DNA from: an uncultured Haliangium sp.
GTDB lineage: Bacteria; Pseudomonadota; Gammaproteobacteria; GCA-001735895
Assembly (NCBI GenBank): GCA_964195735.1
Contig: CAXMQY010000127.1
Span: 1-61,952, forward strand
Direction of reading: 5' to 3'
DNA: 61,952 nucleotides
The number at the start of each line of letters is the position of its first letter. Within the stretch, counting starts at the first letter, position 1. Position numbers and translations under genes: made by a program. A model generated the notes under the pieces. It searched no databases and was not told the origin of the DNA. It saw nothing but the letters and a program-made list of their open reading frames with translations. Of this stretch, positions 1 to 13,200 are shown one piece after another.

Positions 1-970
1 GACCGTTTTCACCGTCCTTGGCCCATTCGATATCCATCGGGCGGCCATAGTGCTGCTCGATAGTGACCGCCATCTTCGCCAACGCGGTGATATCCGCATC
101 GTCGATGGAGAAGCGCGCGCGCTCGGCGGCATCGACATCGACGGTTTGAATCGCCTTTTCGGGCGCGTCGTCATCGGCGTAAACCATTTTGATCAGCTTG
201 CTGCCACGACTCTTCAGCAGGATGCTGTGCTCGGCTGTTTCCAGCGTTTTCTTGTAGACATAAAACTCATCCGGGTTGACCGCACCCTGGACTACGGTCT
301 CGCCGAGTCCATAACTGCTGGTGATGAACACCACGTCTTCGAAACCCGATTCGGTGTCGATGCTGAACATGACCCCGCTGGCGGCGAGATCGCTGCGCAC
401 CATGCGCTGAATTCCGGCCGATAGCGATACCTCGGCGTGTTTAAATCCCTGGTGCACACGGTATGAGATCGCGCGGTCGTTGAACAGCGACGCGAATACC
501 AGCTTGATCGCGTGCAGCAACTGATCGTTGCCCTTGATGTTCAAATAGGTTTCCTGTTGCCCGGCAAAGGACGCATCCGGTAAATCCTCCGCGGTCGCCG
601 AGGAACGCACCGCCACGGTCGCATCCAGTCCATCGGTGGCCATAGCCTGGTAGGCGTCGGATATTTCAACTTGCAAGTCGGCGGGCAGGGGTGAGTCGAT
701 GATCCAGCCGCGGATTTCCTGGCCGACCGCGGCCAACTGGTTGACATCGTCGGTGTCGAGCTGATCCAGACGTTCATGGATGCGCTCGCGAATACCGGCC
801 TCGTCGAGAAAACGCTCGAACGCGCTGGCCGTAGTGGCGAAGCCTCCCGGCACTTCTACGCCGAGACTGCCGAGGTTCTTGATCATTTCTCCCAACGAGG
901 CGTTCTTGCCGCCGACGCGTGGAACGTCATTCATGCCGAGCTGATCCAAAGGCACAATGTTATCTGACAT
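1..970 (-). CDS. ppsA: Phosphoenolpyruvate synthase, 5' part (runs off the window edge)
   Basis: Not in the ORF track. Manual minus-strand translation from ATG at 970 gives [30 protein letters not shown], later [26 protein letters not shown]. Divergent from ppsR, as is usual. Confidence 0.96.
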   Translation of the reverse strand, partial: MSDNIVPLDQLGMNDVPRVGGKNASLGEMIKNLGSLGVEVPGGFATTASAFERFLDEAGIRERIHERLDQLDTDDVNQLAAVGQEIRGWIIDSPLPADLQVEISDAYQAMATDGLDATVAVRSSATAEDLPDASFAGQQETYLNIKGNDQLLHAIKLVFASLFNDRAISYRVHQGFKHAEVSLSAGIQRMVRSDLAASGVMFSIDTESGFEDVVFITSSYGLGETVVQGAVNPDEFYVYKKTLETAEHSILLKSRGSKLIKMVYADDDAPEKAIQTVDVDAAERARFSIDDADITALAKMAVTIEQHYGRPMDIEWAKDGENG

Positions 971-1057
971 AAGGCTTTTTCCCGGTAAGGCTGTGTGTAG
1001 GTGTTGGATCGGATTATACTAGACTATTCACTCGAAACCGAAGCCCAAACGCCACCG

Positions 1058-1885
1058 ATGCAAGCCAATTCACGCCAGGTCTTTTTCCTGTCTAACGGAA
1101 CCGCGATCACCGCGGAAACTCTGGGTACGAGCCTGCTCGCCCAGTTCCCCGATCACTCGTTCCAGACTCACACCGTGCCATTTGTCGACACGCTGAAAAA
1201 AGCCCATGCAGTCGCCGACGATATCAACCGCTGCATCGGCGAGACCGGGCAGCTTCCCATCGTCATCTGCACCATGGGAGACGAGGATCTGATCAAGATC
1301 GTGATGCAGTGCAACGCGCTCGTCATCGATCCCTTCGGCGACATACTGCCGCGCCTGGAAAAGACACTCTCCGCACAACACCATCAGCCGGGGGAATCGC
1401 ATCGTACGGTAAACCCGTCGATATACGAATCGCGCATCGACGCCATCGATTACGCCATGCTGCACGACGATGGCGGCCGTATTCAGAATTACGACGAAGC
1501 CGAGATCATTCTCGTCGGCGTGTCACGCTCGGGCAAGACGCCGAGCTGCCTGTTCCTGGCGCTACAGTTCGGCATCAAGGCGGCCAACTACCCGATTACC
1601 GAGGAAGATATGGACAGCGAAAAGCTGCCCGTACCACTACGCCCATTCAAGGATCGACTCTACGGTTTGACCACGGATTTACAACGGCTGATGAACATCC
1701 GCCAGGAGCGCCGTCCCAACAGCCGATACGCATCGGCGGATCAGTGTCGTTTCGAGCTGCGCGCGGTCGAGGATATGTATCTGCACCACCACATACGCTA
1801 CATCAACACCTCGAGAATGTCGGTCGAGGAAATTTCAGCCCGTATCATCCGAGATAACGGGCTACATCGAATGGAAATGACCTAG
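1058..1885 (+). CDS. ppsR: PEP synthase regulatory protein (kinase/pyrophosphorylase, DUF299)
   Basis: VFFLSNGTAITAETLG, LVGVSRSGKTP and AANYP motifs; next to ppsA. ATG 1058 preferred over GTG 1001. Confidence 0.93.
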   Translation: MQANSRQVFFLSNGTAITAETLGTSLLAQFPDHSFQTHTVPFVDTLKKAHAVADDINRCIGETGQLPIVICTMGDEDLIKIVMQCNALVIDPFGDILPRLEKTLSAQHHQPGESHRTVNPSIYESRIDAIDYAMLHDDGGRIQNYDEAEIILVGVSRSGKTPSCLFLALQFGIKAANYPITEEDMDSEKLPVPLRPFKDRLYGLTTDLQRLMNIRQERRPNSRYASADQCRFELRAVEDMYLHHHIRYINTSRMSVEEISARIIRDNGLHRMEMT

Positions 1886-1892
1886 CAAGCCT

Positions 1893-2135
1893 GTCATTGC
1901 ACATTGGTTGCCCAATACCGCGGCGGGCTTTCGCATGAACTCCGAGAAGCGTTGTAATGGGTACCGGGTCAAGCCCGGCACGACAAATACTCATCGTCAT
2001 TGCGGGCCCGAGCCGAGACGTCGGACCGCGCAATCTATACCCCCTAAACTAGTCATCCCCGACCGCATGCGGCCCACTTAGCGGGGACCTTATAACGACG
2101 GCTAGTTGTAAGATCCCCGCGGGCGCGGGGATGAC
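1893..2135. repeat. Cluster of CGTC/GTCAT-tagged REP-like palindromes between convergent ppsR and icd
   Basis: Reverse complement of 1958-1984 is GTCGTGCCGGGCTTGACCCGGTACCCA. Also GTCATTGCGGGCCCGAGCC...GCAATCT (1996-2036) and GTCATCCCCG...GCGGGGACCT paired with AGATCCCCGCGGGCGCGGGGATGAC (2052-2135). Confidence 0.8.
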
Positions 2136-2146
2136 AATACCCTTCG

Positions 2147-3406
2147 CTAGTCCATATGGGCGATGACGGCGTCGCCGAAGGCGGAGGTGCTGAGTTCGGC
2201 TGCACCGGGCTCGTTGCGCGCCAGGTCGTAAGTCACCTGCTTTGCGCCGATGGCGCCTTCCATGCCAGCAATGATTCGATCGGCCGCTTCGGCCCAGCCC
2301 ATGTAGCGCAGCATCATTTCCGCCGACAGGATGATCGATCCGGGATTAACCTTGTCCATGCCGGTGTACTTGGGCGCGGTGCCATGAGTCGCTTCGAACA
2401 CACCGACGGTATCGGCGATATTGGCGCCAGGTGCGATGCCGATGCCGCCCACCTGTGCGGCCAGCGCATCGGAGATGTAGTCGCCGTTCAGATTCAGCGT
2501 GGCAATTACGTCGTACTCGCTCGGACGCGTCACGATCTGCTGCAGGAAATTATCGGCAATCACGTCCTTCACGGTAATCGTGGTGCCGGTTTTGGGGTTG
2601 GTGAATTCACACCAGGGACCAGCTCCGATCGGTGTCGCACCGTAAAGTTCGGCGGCCAGTTCATAGCCCCAGTTGCGAAATGCACCCTCGGTGAACTTCA
2701 TGATATTGCCCTTGTGCACCAGCGCCACCGATTTCAGATCGTTGTCGATGGCATACTGAAACGCCTTGCGCACCAGGCGCCGGGTACCCTCGGACGATAC
2801 CGGTTTGACTCCGATACCCGAGGTTTCCGGAAAACGAATGCTGGTCACGCCCATTTCTTCGATCAGGAACTGAATGACTTTCTGCGCCTGCGGGCTGCCG
2901 GATTCCCATTCGATGCCGGCGTATATGTCTTCGGTGTTCTCGCGAAAGATCGTCATGTGAGTATCTTGCGGGCGCTTCAGCGGCGTTTCGATACCGGTGA
3001 AGTAGCGTACCGGGCGGACGCAGGCATACAGGTCCAGACGCTGGCGTATAGACACGTTGAGCGAGCGGATACCGCCACCGACCGGCGTGGTCAGGGGACC
3101 CTTGATCGAAACCACGTAATCCTGCATCGCCGCCAGGGATTCATCCGGCAACCAGTTGTCTTCGCCGTATATCGAGGTAGCCTTTTCACCCGCGTAGATT
3201 TCCATCCAGGCAATCTTGCGAGCGCCCTGGTAAGCCTTGTCGATAGCTGCATCGACAACCTTGATCATCACCGGGGAAATATCGGCACCGATGCCGTCGC
3301 CTTCAATGTAGGGTATGACCGGGTTATCCGGCACATTCAGGCTAAGGTCTTCGTTAGTGGTAATCGGCTGGCCTTCGGCCGGTATCTTAATGTGTTGATA
3401 GCTCAT
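2147..3406 (-). CDS. icd: NADP-dependent isocitrate dehydrogenase (dimeric type)
   Basis: [39 protein letters not shown] and [11 protein letters not shown] motifs. Confidence 0.97.
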   Translation of the reverse strand: MSYQHIKIPAEGQPITTNEDLSLNVPDNPVIPYIEGDGIGADISPVMIKVVDAAIDKAYQGARKIAWMEIYAGEKATSIYGEDNWLPDESLAAMQDYVVSIKGPLTTPVGGGIRSLNVSIRQRLDLYACVRPVRYFTGIETPLKRPQDTHMTIFRENTEDIYAGIEWESGSPQAQKVIQFLIEEMGVTSIRFPETSGIGVKPVSSEGTRRLVRKAFQYAIDNDLKSVALVHKGNIMKFTEGAFRNWGYELAAELYGATPIGAGPWCEFTNPKTGTTITVKDVIADNFLQQIVTRPSEYDVIATLNLNGDYISDALAAQVGGIGIAPGANIADTVGVFEATHGTAPKYTGMDKVNPGSIILSAEMMLRYMGWAEAADRIIAGMEGAIGAKQVTYDLARNEPGAAELSTSAFGDAVIAHMD

Positions 3407-3833
3407 CGTATCCCCTGGCTTGCGTGTTTTTTGGTAGCGCGCAAGTATACATCAGAAAACACGCGAAAATAGAAAGCAGGGCGCCCGAATACGCCCTGGG
3501 GGCAAAAATTAAACCCCGTTATTAAGGATGGCTATACAACAAGTTGCCGGCGGAAGATCGTATGTGAGTTTGATCAGCCGCCAAGTGATCGAATGTTGTG
3601 TGCTTGCAGGCCCATAGGACCTTCGTTGATTTCGATTTCGCCTTTCTGGCTTGAAGTTTACTTCCTGTAAAAGGTGACAAAACTACCGGCTCAGGGATTA
3701 TTATTTTCGTTCCTGCGGGCCAGTTCTTATGCTTTTTTCTCGCTCCATAACACGAAATTATGATAACCAAGCCTTGAATTATTTCAATCCCAGCATTACT
3801 TTATAGGCTTTACTGAAGCGATATCGCAACCAC

Positions 3834-4157
3834 ATGTCCGATCAGCAGCCAGGCAACGACGACGACGACACCCTGCTACTCGAGCGTACTCGTCCCAAAC
3901 TCAAGAAACCGCCATTGTTCAAGGTCGTTTTGCTGAACGACGATTACACGCCGATGGAATTCGTGGTGCACGTGCTGGAAGCCATTTTCGGTCACAACCG
4001 TGAAAACGCCACCCGCATCATGCTTAGCGTACACAAGACAGGGAAGGGTATTTGCGGAATTTACACCGGCGATATCGCCGAAACCAAGGTCACCGCGGTG
4101 AACAGCTACGCACGCGAAAACAAGCATCCCCTGTTGTGCGATATGGAAGAAAGTTGA
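3834..4157 (+). CDS. clpS: ATP-dependent Clp protease adaptor ClpS
   Basis: [17 protein letters not shown] and HPLLC motifs; directly upstream of clpA. Confidence 0.97.
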   Translation: MSDQQPGNDDDDTLLLERTRPKLKKPPLFKVVLLNDDYTPMEFVVHVLEAIFGHNRENATRIMLSVHKTGKGICGIYTGDIAETKVTAVNSYARENKHPLLCDMEES

Positions 4158-4268
4158 AATGCGTAAACGCTTTGATCCACGTCCACAGGATGAATGAACA
4201 TTTAACACCCATTAAACGTCAAATCGTCTATATTTAGATTTATTGGCAGACATCGACAAACTGGAACT

Positions 4269-6545
<2,277 letters not shown>

Positions 6546-6580
6546 GCGGTCGACCCCGGGCTGGACCCCGGGCTGGATAA

Positions 6581-6799
6581 TTAGCGTTCGCGGAAAGTAA
6601 TTCTTCCCTTGGTAAGATCGTAAGGCGTCAGTTCCACCGTTACAGTGTCGCCTGTCAGAATACGAATGTAGTGTTTGCGCATCTTGCCCGAGATGTGGGC
6701 CGTGACGACATGTCCATTTTCAAGTTCGACGCGAAACATGGTATTTGGCAAAGTATCCTTTACCACGCCACGCATTTCGATGTGATCGCCTTTTGGCAT
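6581..6799 (-). CDS. infA: Translation initiation factor IF-1
   Basis: [35 protein letters not shown]; 72 aa. Confidence 0.98.
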   Translation of the reverse strand: MPKGDHIEMRGVVKDTLPNTMFRVELENGHVVTAHISGKMRKHYIRILTGDTVTVELTPYDLTKGRITFRER

Positions 6800-7043
6800 A
6801 TTCTCACTCAGTGTTTAAAGCGCGACATTATCCATTATTTAACCGGTATATCAATAGAACGATTAACCCTCGGAGATTCGGCCGGCAATTCGGCGGACAG
6901 TATACCTGTTTGCCGAGAGATTCCTGGCTCAGAAAGCATTGATCAAATAGGTATACTGTCCGCCGAATTACAGTCCCCCGAATCCAGATTAACACCTCGC
7001 AAAACGCTGTGATAACATCCTTTTCTTTTCGACCATTTCAGCA

Positions 7044-7994
7044 ATGACAAGTTTTGCATACGTATTCCCGGGCCAGGGCTCACAGTCGGTGGGCATGATG
7101 ACCGACTGGGGGGAGCACCAGGCGATCGTTGACGATGTCTACGCGCAGGCGTCGGAAGTGCTTGGCTACAACCTCGGCTCGGTGGCAGCGCTTGGCCCGC
7201 TGGAAAAACTCAATCAGACCGAAGTCACACAACCTGCCATGCTTTGCGCCGGGGTCGCCAGCTGGCGCATCGCCAACCAGTGCGCGATGCCAGCAGCGAC
7301 GCTTATGGCCGGACACAGTCTCGGTGAATACAGCGCGTTGGTCTGCGCCGACAGCCTTGAGCTCGGCGATGCGGTTGCACTGGTTGCACGTCGTGGTCAG
7401 CTAATGCAATCCGCAGTCGCGGCGGGCGAAGGCGCGATGGCGGCTATTATCGGTCTCGACGACGATGCCGTGCGCGCGGCCTGTGCCAGTGTTGGTGTCG
7501 GTGTCGTCGAAGCGGTGAATTTCAATGCTCCGGGGCAGGTAGTAATCGCCGGCGAAAGCGTCGCGGTCGAAGCTGCCATGCAAAACGCAAAAGAGCTCGG
7601 TGCCAGGCGCGCGCTGCCGTTACCGGTCAGCGTGCCGTCACATTGTTCGTTGATGCGCGACGCCGCCGCACAACTCGCCGCGGAACTGGAAGGAATTTCT
7701 ATAGAGCTACCGCAGGTCAGCGTGATCCATAATCATGGCGCAAGCGCCGCGACTTCGGTCGACGAAATCCGTGAACGCCTGAAGTTACAGCTTTACCGCC
7801 CGGTGGAATGGGTCGCGAGCGTGCAACAGATGCAACAGCAGGGGGTTTCTGTTTTGATCGAATGCGGTCCCGGCAAAGTATTGACCGGACTCACACGCCG
7901 CATCGATAAATCGATGCAGGGCTTCGCGCTGTTCGACACCGCGTCACTCGAACAAACCCAACAATCTATCGGAGATCTGCAACATGCTAACTGA
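7044..7994 (+). CDS. fabD: Malonyl CoA-ACP transacylase
   Basis: FPGQGSQ, GHSLGEY and VSVPSH motifs. Confidence 0.97.
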   Translation: MTSFAYVFPGQGSQSVGMMTDWGEHQAIVDDVYAQASEVLGYNLGSVAALGPLEKLNQTEVTQPAMLCAGVASWRIANQCAMPAATLMAGHSLGEYSALVCADSLELGDAVALVARRGQLMQSAVAAGEGAMAAIIGLDDDAVRAACASVGVGVVEAVNFNAPGQVVIAGESVAVEAAMQNAKELGARRALPLPVSVPSHCSLMRDAAAQLAAELEGISIELPQVSVIHNHGASAATSVDEIRERLKLQLYRPVEWVASVQQMQQQGVSVLIECGPGKVLTGLTRRIDKSMQGFALFDTASLEQTQQSIGDLQHAN

Positions 7995-8724
7995 CCAGAT
8001 AGCGCTGGTGACCGGCGCCAGCCGCGGCATCGGCCAGGCAATTGCCCTGGCACTCGGCGCCGAGCAAGCCATCGTCATCGGCACCGCCACCAGCCAGGCG
8101 GGAGCCGACAGCATCAGCGCCACGCTCGAAGCGAGCGGCATCAAAGGCAGCGGCCTGGTGCTCGATGTCGCCGACTCGCAATCGGTGGGTGACTGTATCA
8201 AGCAGGTGGCAGAGCTCTACGGGGCACCCGATATCCTCGTCAATAATGCCGGGATAACGCGTGACAACTTGTTGATGATAATGAAAGACGAACAATGGGA
8301 CGACATCATCAATACCAATCTCAGCTCGGTTTTCCGTATGAGCAAAGCAGTAATTCGCGCGATGATGAAGAAGCGCAGTGGGCGTATTATCAACGTCTCC
8401 TCGGTGGTCGGCGCAACCGGTAATCCCGGGCAAACCAACTACGCCGCCAGCAAGGCTGGCCTGGTGGGTTTCAGCAAATCACTGGCGCGAGAAATCGGCT
8501 CCCGCAGCATTACCGTCAACACTGTTGCGCCAGGGTTTATCGACACCGACATGACCCGCGAGCTGGCCGAGGAACAACGCAAGGCGCTCACGGCGCAGAT
8601 CCCGCTGGGTCGTCTCGGTAGCGCCGATGAAGTCGCGGCGGCGGTAGTATTTCTGGCTTCGCCGGCGGCGGCCTACATCACCGGCGAAACGATTCACGTC
8701 AACGGCGGAATGTACATGGTGTGA
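7984..8724 (+). CDS. fabG: 3-oxoacyl-ACP reductase
   Basis: TGASRGIG, NNAGITRDNL and YAASK motifs; within the fab cluster. Confidence 0.97.
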   Translation: MLTDQIALVTGASRGIGQAIALALGAEQAIVIGTATSQAGADSISATLEASGIKGSGLVLDVADSQSVGDCIKQVAELYGAPDILVNNAGITRDNLLMIMKDEQWDDIINTNLSSVFRMSKAVIRAMMKKRSGRIINVSSVVGATGNPGQTNYAASKAGLVGFSKSLAREIGSRSITVNTVAPGFIDTDMTRELAEEQRKALTAQIPLGRLGSADEVAAAVVFLASPAAAYITGETIHVNGGMYMV

Positions 8725-8875
8725 CGTTGGACAAGGAAAACCGGTTAAGTTATTGAATTAAAACAACTTATAGCGCAGAAAAAAAGTTTCAACATTTCTG
8801 GCAACTAATCCTGGTTTTCAATACAATATCGCACCTTACAAGTTTTCTATTTATCAAACAGGAGAAACTCTCAAA

Positions 8876-9109
8876 ATGAGCTCTGTAGAAGAACGTGTTA
8901 AGAAGATTGTTGCGGAACAATTAGGCGTCAAGGAAGAGGAGGTCACCAACACGGCATCCTTCGTCGATGATCTTGGTGCTGACTCCCTCGATACTGTAGA
9001 GCTGGTAATGGCACTGGAAGAGGAATTCGAAACCGAAATCCCGGATGAAGAAGCCGAAAAAAGCACCAGTGTTCAACTCGCTATCGACTACGTCAACGCC
9101 AACCTGTAG
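8876..9109 (+). CDS. acpP: Acyl carrier protein
   Basis: [20 protein letters not shown] phosphopantetheine motif; AGGAGA RBS upstream. Confidence 0.98.
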   Translation: MSSVEERVKKIVAEQLGVKEEEVTNTASFVDDLGADSLDTVELVMALEEEFETEIPDEEAEKSTSVQLAIDYVNANL

Positions 9110-9128
9110 ATAGCTAATCGATCGATGG

Positions 9129-9168
9129 ATGCCGCTTATCATCTAGCATGTTAAGCGGCATTTTCATT
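9129..9168 (+). terminator. Probable intrinsic terminator or processing hairpin after acpP
   Basis: ATGCCGCTTA...TAAGCGGCAT stem followed by TTTCATTT. Confidence 0.6.
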
Positions 9169-9215
9169 TAGCATTTCTATATTTGGGCGAATGTACACTT
9201 GAAGAGGATTTGATC

Positions 9216-10454
9216 TTGGCAAAACGTCGCGTCGTAGTAACGGGTCTCGGGTTATTGACGCCAGTTGGAAATACTGTCGAAGAATCCTGGAAAAATATAG
9301 TCGCCGGAAAAAGCGGGATCGCACCGATCACCGCATTTGACGCCAGTGGTTTCACGACCCGCATATCGGGTTCGGTGAAGGGTTTTGATCCCGCCGACTA
9401 CATTCCTTCCAAGGACATCAAGAAAATGGATACCTTTATCCATTTCGGTATCGCGGCCGGGATTCAGGCCCTGGACGATTCCGGGCTCGAAGTCACCGAG
9501 GCAAATGCCGAACGCATCGGCGTGGCGATCGGTTCGGGTATTGGTGGGCTGCCTGCCATCGAGAAGAATCGTGATGCCTATGTCGCCGGCGGTCCGCGCA
9601 AGATATCCCCATTCTTCGTTCCCAGCTCGTTGATCAACATGGTTTCAGGCAACCTGTCGATCATGCGCGGTCTCAAGGGGCCGAACATATCGATCGTCAG
9701 TGCCTGCACCACCGGCGCGCATAACATCGGCGACGCGGCACGCATGATTTCCTACGGAGATGCCGATGTCATGGTCGCCGGCGCTTCCGAAATGGCAACC
9801 TCGGCACTCGGTGTCGGCGGCTTTGCCGCGGCGCGTGCATTATCAACGCGCAACGACGATCCGGAAGCGGCCAGTCGCCCCTGGGATCGGGATCGCGATG
9901 GCTTCGTACTGGGCGACGGCGCTGGTGTGGTCGTGCTCGAGGAATACGAGATGGCGAAGAAGCGTGGCGCCAATATTTACTGCGAACTGGTAGGCTACGG
10001 CATGAGCGGCGACGCCTATCACATGACTTCGCCTTCGGAAGGTGGTGAAGGCGCGGCGCGTTGCATGGTCAACGCGATGAACGATGCCGGCCTGAATCCT
10101 GAAGACGTCGGCTATATCAATGCCCACGGCACCTCGACGCCCGCGGGCGACGTCGCCGAAACCATGGCGGTCAAGCTGGCGATGGGAGACCACGCCTACA
10201 AGCTTGTAGTCAGCTCGACCAAGTCGATGACCGGGCACCTGCTCGGCGCTGCCGGTGGCATCGAAACGATATTTTCGATACTCGCCCTGCGTGACCAGGT
10301 GGTTCCGCCCACCATTAACCTTGAAAACCAGGATCCGGCATGCGATCTCGACTTTGTGGCCAACACGGCCCGTGAGATGAAACTGAACGTGACAATGTCG
10401 AATTCGTTCGGCTTCGGTGGCACCAACGGCACCTGCGTCTTCAAGACCATCTAG
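9216..10454 (+). CDS. fabF: 3-oxoacyl-ACP synthase II
   Basis: [34 protein letters not shown] and NSFGFGGTN motifs. TTG start at 9216 with GAGG upstream. Confidence 0.96.
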   Translation: MAKRRVVVTGLGLLTPVGNTVEESWKNIVAGKSGIAPITAFDASGFTTRISGSVKGFDPADYIPSKDIKKMDTFIHFGIAAGIQALDDSGLEVTEANAERIGVAIGSGIGGLPAIEKNRDAYVAGGPRKISPFFVPSSLINMVSGNLSIMRGLKGPNISIVSACTTGAHNIGDAARMISYGDADVMVAGASEMATSALGVGGFAAARALSTRNDDPEAASRPWDRDRDGFVLGDGAGVVVLEEYEMAKKRGANIYCELVGYGMSGDAYHMTSPSEGGEGAARCMVNAMNDAGLNPEDVGYINAHGTSTPAGDVAETMAVKLAMGDHAYKLVVSSTKSMTGHLLGAAGGIETIFSILALRDQVVPPTINLENQDPACDLDFVANTAREMKLNVTMSNSFGFGGTNGTCVFKTI

Positions 10455-10504
10455 TTCGCTGGCTACCGTCCGCTACGGTAGCCGTTACGGAATAGCACGA
10501 GACC

Positions 10505-11518
10505 ATGGCCAGGTTCTTTCGACGATTGATGATCTGGAGTTTTGTCTGCGCACTGCTGTTGATTGGCGTACTGGTGTTTCAACTGTTGCGTTTCCAGCAC
10601 GGCGCCATCCCGATGGATTCTCAACCCACCGTGTTCCTGATTCGTTCGGGCAGTAACATCAAGTCCATCGCGCAGGAACTGGCGCTGCAGAAAATTATCG
10701 ACGATCCCTGGCTGTTCATCCTGCTGGCGAAGGTAAAGGGTCTCGAAACCCGGGTGCGCGCCGGTGAATATCGAATCGAACCCGGCATCAGCGCTGACGA
10801 ACTGCTGCAGAAATTCGCCAAAGGCAACGCCGTACAATACAGCTTCACGATTATCGAGGGCTGGTCATTTCGGCAAATGCTTGCGGCACTCGCCGACAAT
10901 CAGATCATCGAGCACAAACTGACCGACAAGAGTGATGACGAAATCATGCAATTGCTGGGCCTTCCCAACCAGCACCCCGAGGGCATGTTTTTCCCCGATA
11001 CTTATCGCTTCCCCAAGGGCACCAGCGACGTAGGCTTTCTCAAGCGTGCCTACCAGGTTATGCAGAAGCACCTGCAGCGTGAATGGGAAAACCGCGCCGT
11101 GGAACTACCGCTCAAGTCGAGTTACGAGGCGCTGATACTGGCCTCGATCGTTGAAAAGGAAACCGGCGCCGAGTTTGAACGCCCATTGATCGCAGGGGTT
11201 TTCATCGAGCGCCTGAAGCGCAACATGCGACTACAAACCGATCCGACCATTATTTACGGCCTGGGCGAGAAGTTCGACGGAAACATACGTTCCCGAGACT
11301 TGAAAAAAGACACGCCATATAATACCTACCTGCACGCAGGGCTGACGCCGACACCGATCGCGCTTCCCGGGCTCGACGCCATCCACGCGGCATTGCATCC
11401 GGCGCCAACCGAAGCCCTCTATTTTGTTTCCAGGGGCGATGGCACACACCAGTTTTCGGCCACGCTTGAAGAGCACAACGCCGCGGTCAGGCGCTACCAG
11501 TTAAACAAGCACAAGTAA
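10505..11518 (+). CDS. mltG: Endolytic transglycosylase MltG (YceG)
   Basis: N-terminal TM helix; LILASIVEKETG, LQTDPT and YNTY motifs. Confidence 0.95.
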   Translation: MARFFRRLMIWSFVCALLLIGVLVFQLLRFQHGAIPMDSQPTVFLIRSGSNIKSIAQELALQKIIDDPWLFILLAKVKGLETRVRAGEYRIEPGISADELLQKFAKGNAVQYSFTIIEGWSFRQMLAALADNQIIEHKLTDKSDDEIMQLLGLPNQHPEGMFFPDTYRFPKGTSDVGFLKRAYQVMQKHLQREWENRAVELPLKSSYEALILASIVEKETGAEFERPLIAGVFIERLKRNMRLQTDPTIIYGLGEKFDGNIRSRDLKKDTPYNTYLHAGLTPTPIALPGLDAIHAALHPAPTEALYFVSRGDGTHQFSATLEEHNAAVRRYQLNKHK

Positions 11519-11525
11519 CCTGAGC

Positions 11526-12200
11526 ATGCACAAACACACCGTGAATACACCCCACTGCGACAACCGCATGATCGTCATCGACGGTATCGACGGCTCTGGC
11601 AAGGGTGAGCAATCTCGACGGCTGTTGCAAGCCTTCGGCGCGGCGGGCGCAAACGCGATATTGACGCGCGAGCCGGGCGGATCGGATGCGGCAGAAGAAA
11701 TACGCCAGTTGTTGGTCCGCGGCAAGCCCGACAAGTGGGACGACATGAGCGAACTTCTGCTGATGTATGCCGCACGCCGCGCACATCTGCGCGATACCGT
11801 CTGGCCCGCACTCGAAGCCGGACAATGGGTGATCAGTGATAGGTACGCAGATTCCAGCCGTGCATTTCAGGGCATCGCCGGCAATCTCGGCCTGGAAACC
11901 GTTGAACAGATACATCGCCTCGTGGTCGGCGATTTTGAACCCGCGCTGGTGTTGATACTCGATGTCCCCGTCGCAGTCGCGCTCGAACGTACGCGCCGAC
12001 GCGGTGACGACGAGGACCGTTTCGAGAAGAAGGGCGAGGATTATCACCTAAACGTGCGCACAGCGTTCCAGCAGATTGCCGCCACCGATCCGTCGCGATA
12101 CCGGATCATCGATGCCGCGCAAAGCATGGACAAGGTGTGCACGGATATTGTCGATGCCGCCAACGCCCATTTTTCGTTGCAGCTGAAACCCGGCATTTAG
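11526..12200 (+). CDS. tmk: Thymidylate kinase
   Basis: DGIDGSGKG P-loop, TREPGG, SDRY and DRFE motifs; between mltG and holB. Start could be further downstream. Confidence 0.92.
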   Translation: MHKHTVNTPHCDNRMIVIDGIDGSGKGEQSRRLLQAFGAAGANAILTREPGGSDAAEEIRQLLVRGKPDKWDDMSELLLMYAARRAHLRDTVWPALEAGQWVISDRYADSSRAFQGIAGNLGLETVEQIHRLVVGDFEPALVLILDVPVAVALERTRRRGDDEDRFEKKGEDYHLNVRTAFQQIAATDPSRYRIIDAAQSMDKVCTDIVDAANAHFSLQLKPGI

Positions 12201-12207
12201 GCGGCAA

Positions 12208-13200
12208 ATGGAACCCGGCGGACCGCAGATGTTCCCCTGGCAAGGCGAGGTACTGCTAAGGGCGCTGAAATTGAAACACGAACAGCGTTTACCACACGCG
12301 GTATTACTCGATACCCCGAGCGCACACCACATCGACGAACTTGCCCATTACCTTTCGATGCTGATGCTATGTGATGCCCCCGACGAGCTAGCGTTGTGCG
12401 GCAGCTGCGAAGCCTGCCGCATGATGTCGGCGGGCACTTACGCGGACTTCAATCGGATCACGCTCCAGTTCGATGAGAAATCGAAAAAACTTAAGAAAAA
12501 CATATCGATAGAGCAGATTCGTAAGCTGATACATGAACTTTCTCTGACGCGCAAACACAACCGCCTGAAGATTGCGGTGATCTATCCGGCCGAGGCCATG
12601 AACAAAAACAGCGCCAACGCCCTGCTGAAAACCCTGGAAGAGCCGGCTCCTGACGTCCTGTTGGTTTTGCTGACCCATAATCCAGGGCGTATTCCAATCA
12701 CACTGCGCAGCCGCTGCCAACTGTGGAGTATCCACCCGCCTTCAGCAGAAGTGGCGCAGCGGTGGCTGCAAGCCCGCGGACTCGATGCCGACAGCGCCGC
12801 GCAATACCTGCAATTCGCGGCGGGCGATCCATTGCTCGCACTGCAGCTGCAGCAGCAGGATTTCGCGCAGCAGGTAGACGGATTCAAGTCGCGTCTGAGT
12901 GCTTTTTTGCGCGGCGCGCTGAGCGCCAGCGAGCTGGGTAAAGGCCTCTCCGGCGACAACGCGATAACAAGGCGGCTGATCGCAATGACCCTGGACGCCT
13001 ACTGCTTCCAGGCCAGCGGCGTCGAGGGTCCGGCGCAGGCAAACGCGACTCTGCAACGTTCCAGAGCGCGCCGTCTGCTGAATTTGCGTGCCCGCGCGCA
13101 ACGTCAATTGCAGGTCGAAGAAAATAATCTTGATTTCCAAATTCAGCTGGAGGACGTGCTAATATCATTGAAACAGATATTAACCTGGAGATTGAATTGA
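12208..13200 (+). CDS. holB: DNA polymerase III subunit delta'
   Basis: C..CGSCEAC zinc motif, NALLKTLEEP, TLRSRC; tmk-holB-pilZ synteny. Confidence 0.93.
   Translation: MEPGGPQMFPWQGEVLLRALKLKHEQRLPHAVLLDTPSAHHIDELAHYLSMLMLCDAPDELALCGSCEACRMMSAGTYADFNRITLQFDEKSKKLKKNISIEQIRKLIHELSLTRKHNRLKIAVIYPAEAMNKNSANALLKTLEEPAPDVLLVLLTHNPGRIPITLRSRCQLWSIHPPSAEVAQRWLQARGLDADSAAQYLQFAAGDPLLALQLQQQDFAQQVDGFKSRLSAFLRGALSASELGKGLSGDNAITRRLIAMTLDAYCFQASGVEGPAQANATLQRSRARRLLNLRARAQRQLQVEENNLDFQIQLEDVLISLKQILTWRLN

Noticed and set aside
50-967. ORF-track entries 50..424, 541..777 and 776..967
   Set aside because: Shadows or off-frame pieces of ppsA, which the track missed because its stop lies outside the window.
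2156-3472. 438-aa plus-strand ORF
   Set aside because: Antisense shadow of icd with no motifs. The same applies to other long antisense ORFs such as 28544..29497, 37037..38098, 38890..39843 and 52399..53472.
3522-3770. 82-aa ORF at the usual cspD position
   Set aside because: No cold-shock RNP motifs (KWFN, KGFGFI, VFVH); treated as non-coding.
6552-6577. 12-bp tandem duplication GACCCCGGGCTG x2 between clpA and infA
   Set aside because: Real but tiny; most simply a slippage duplication with no evidence of function.
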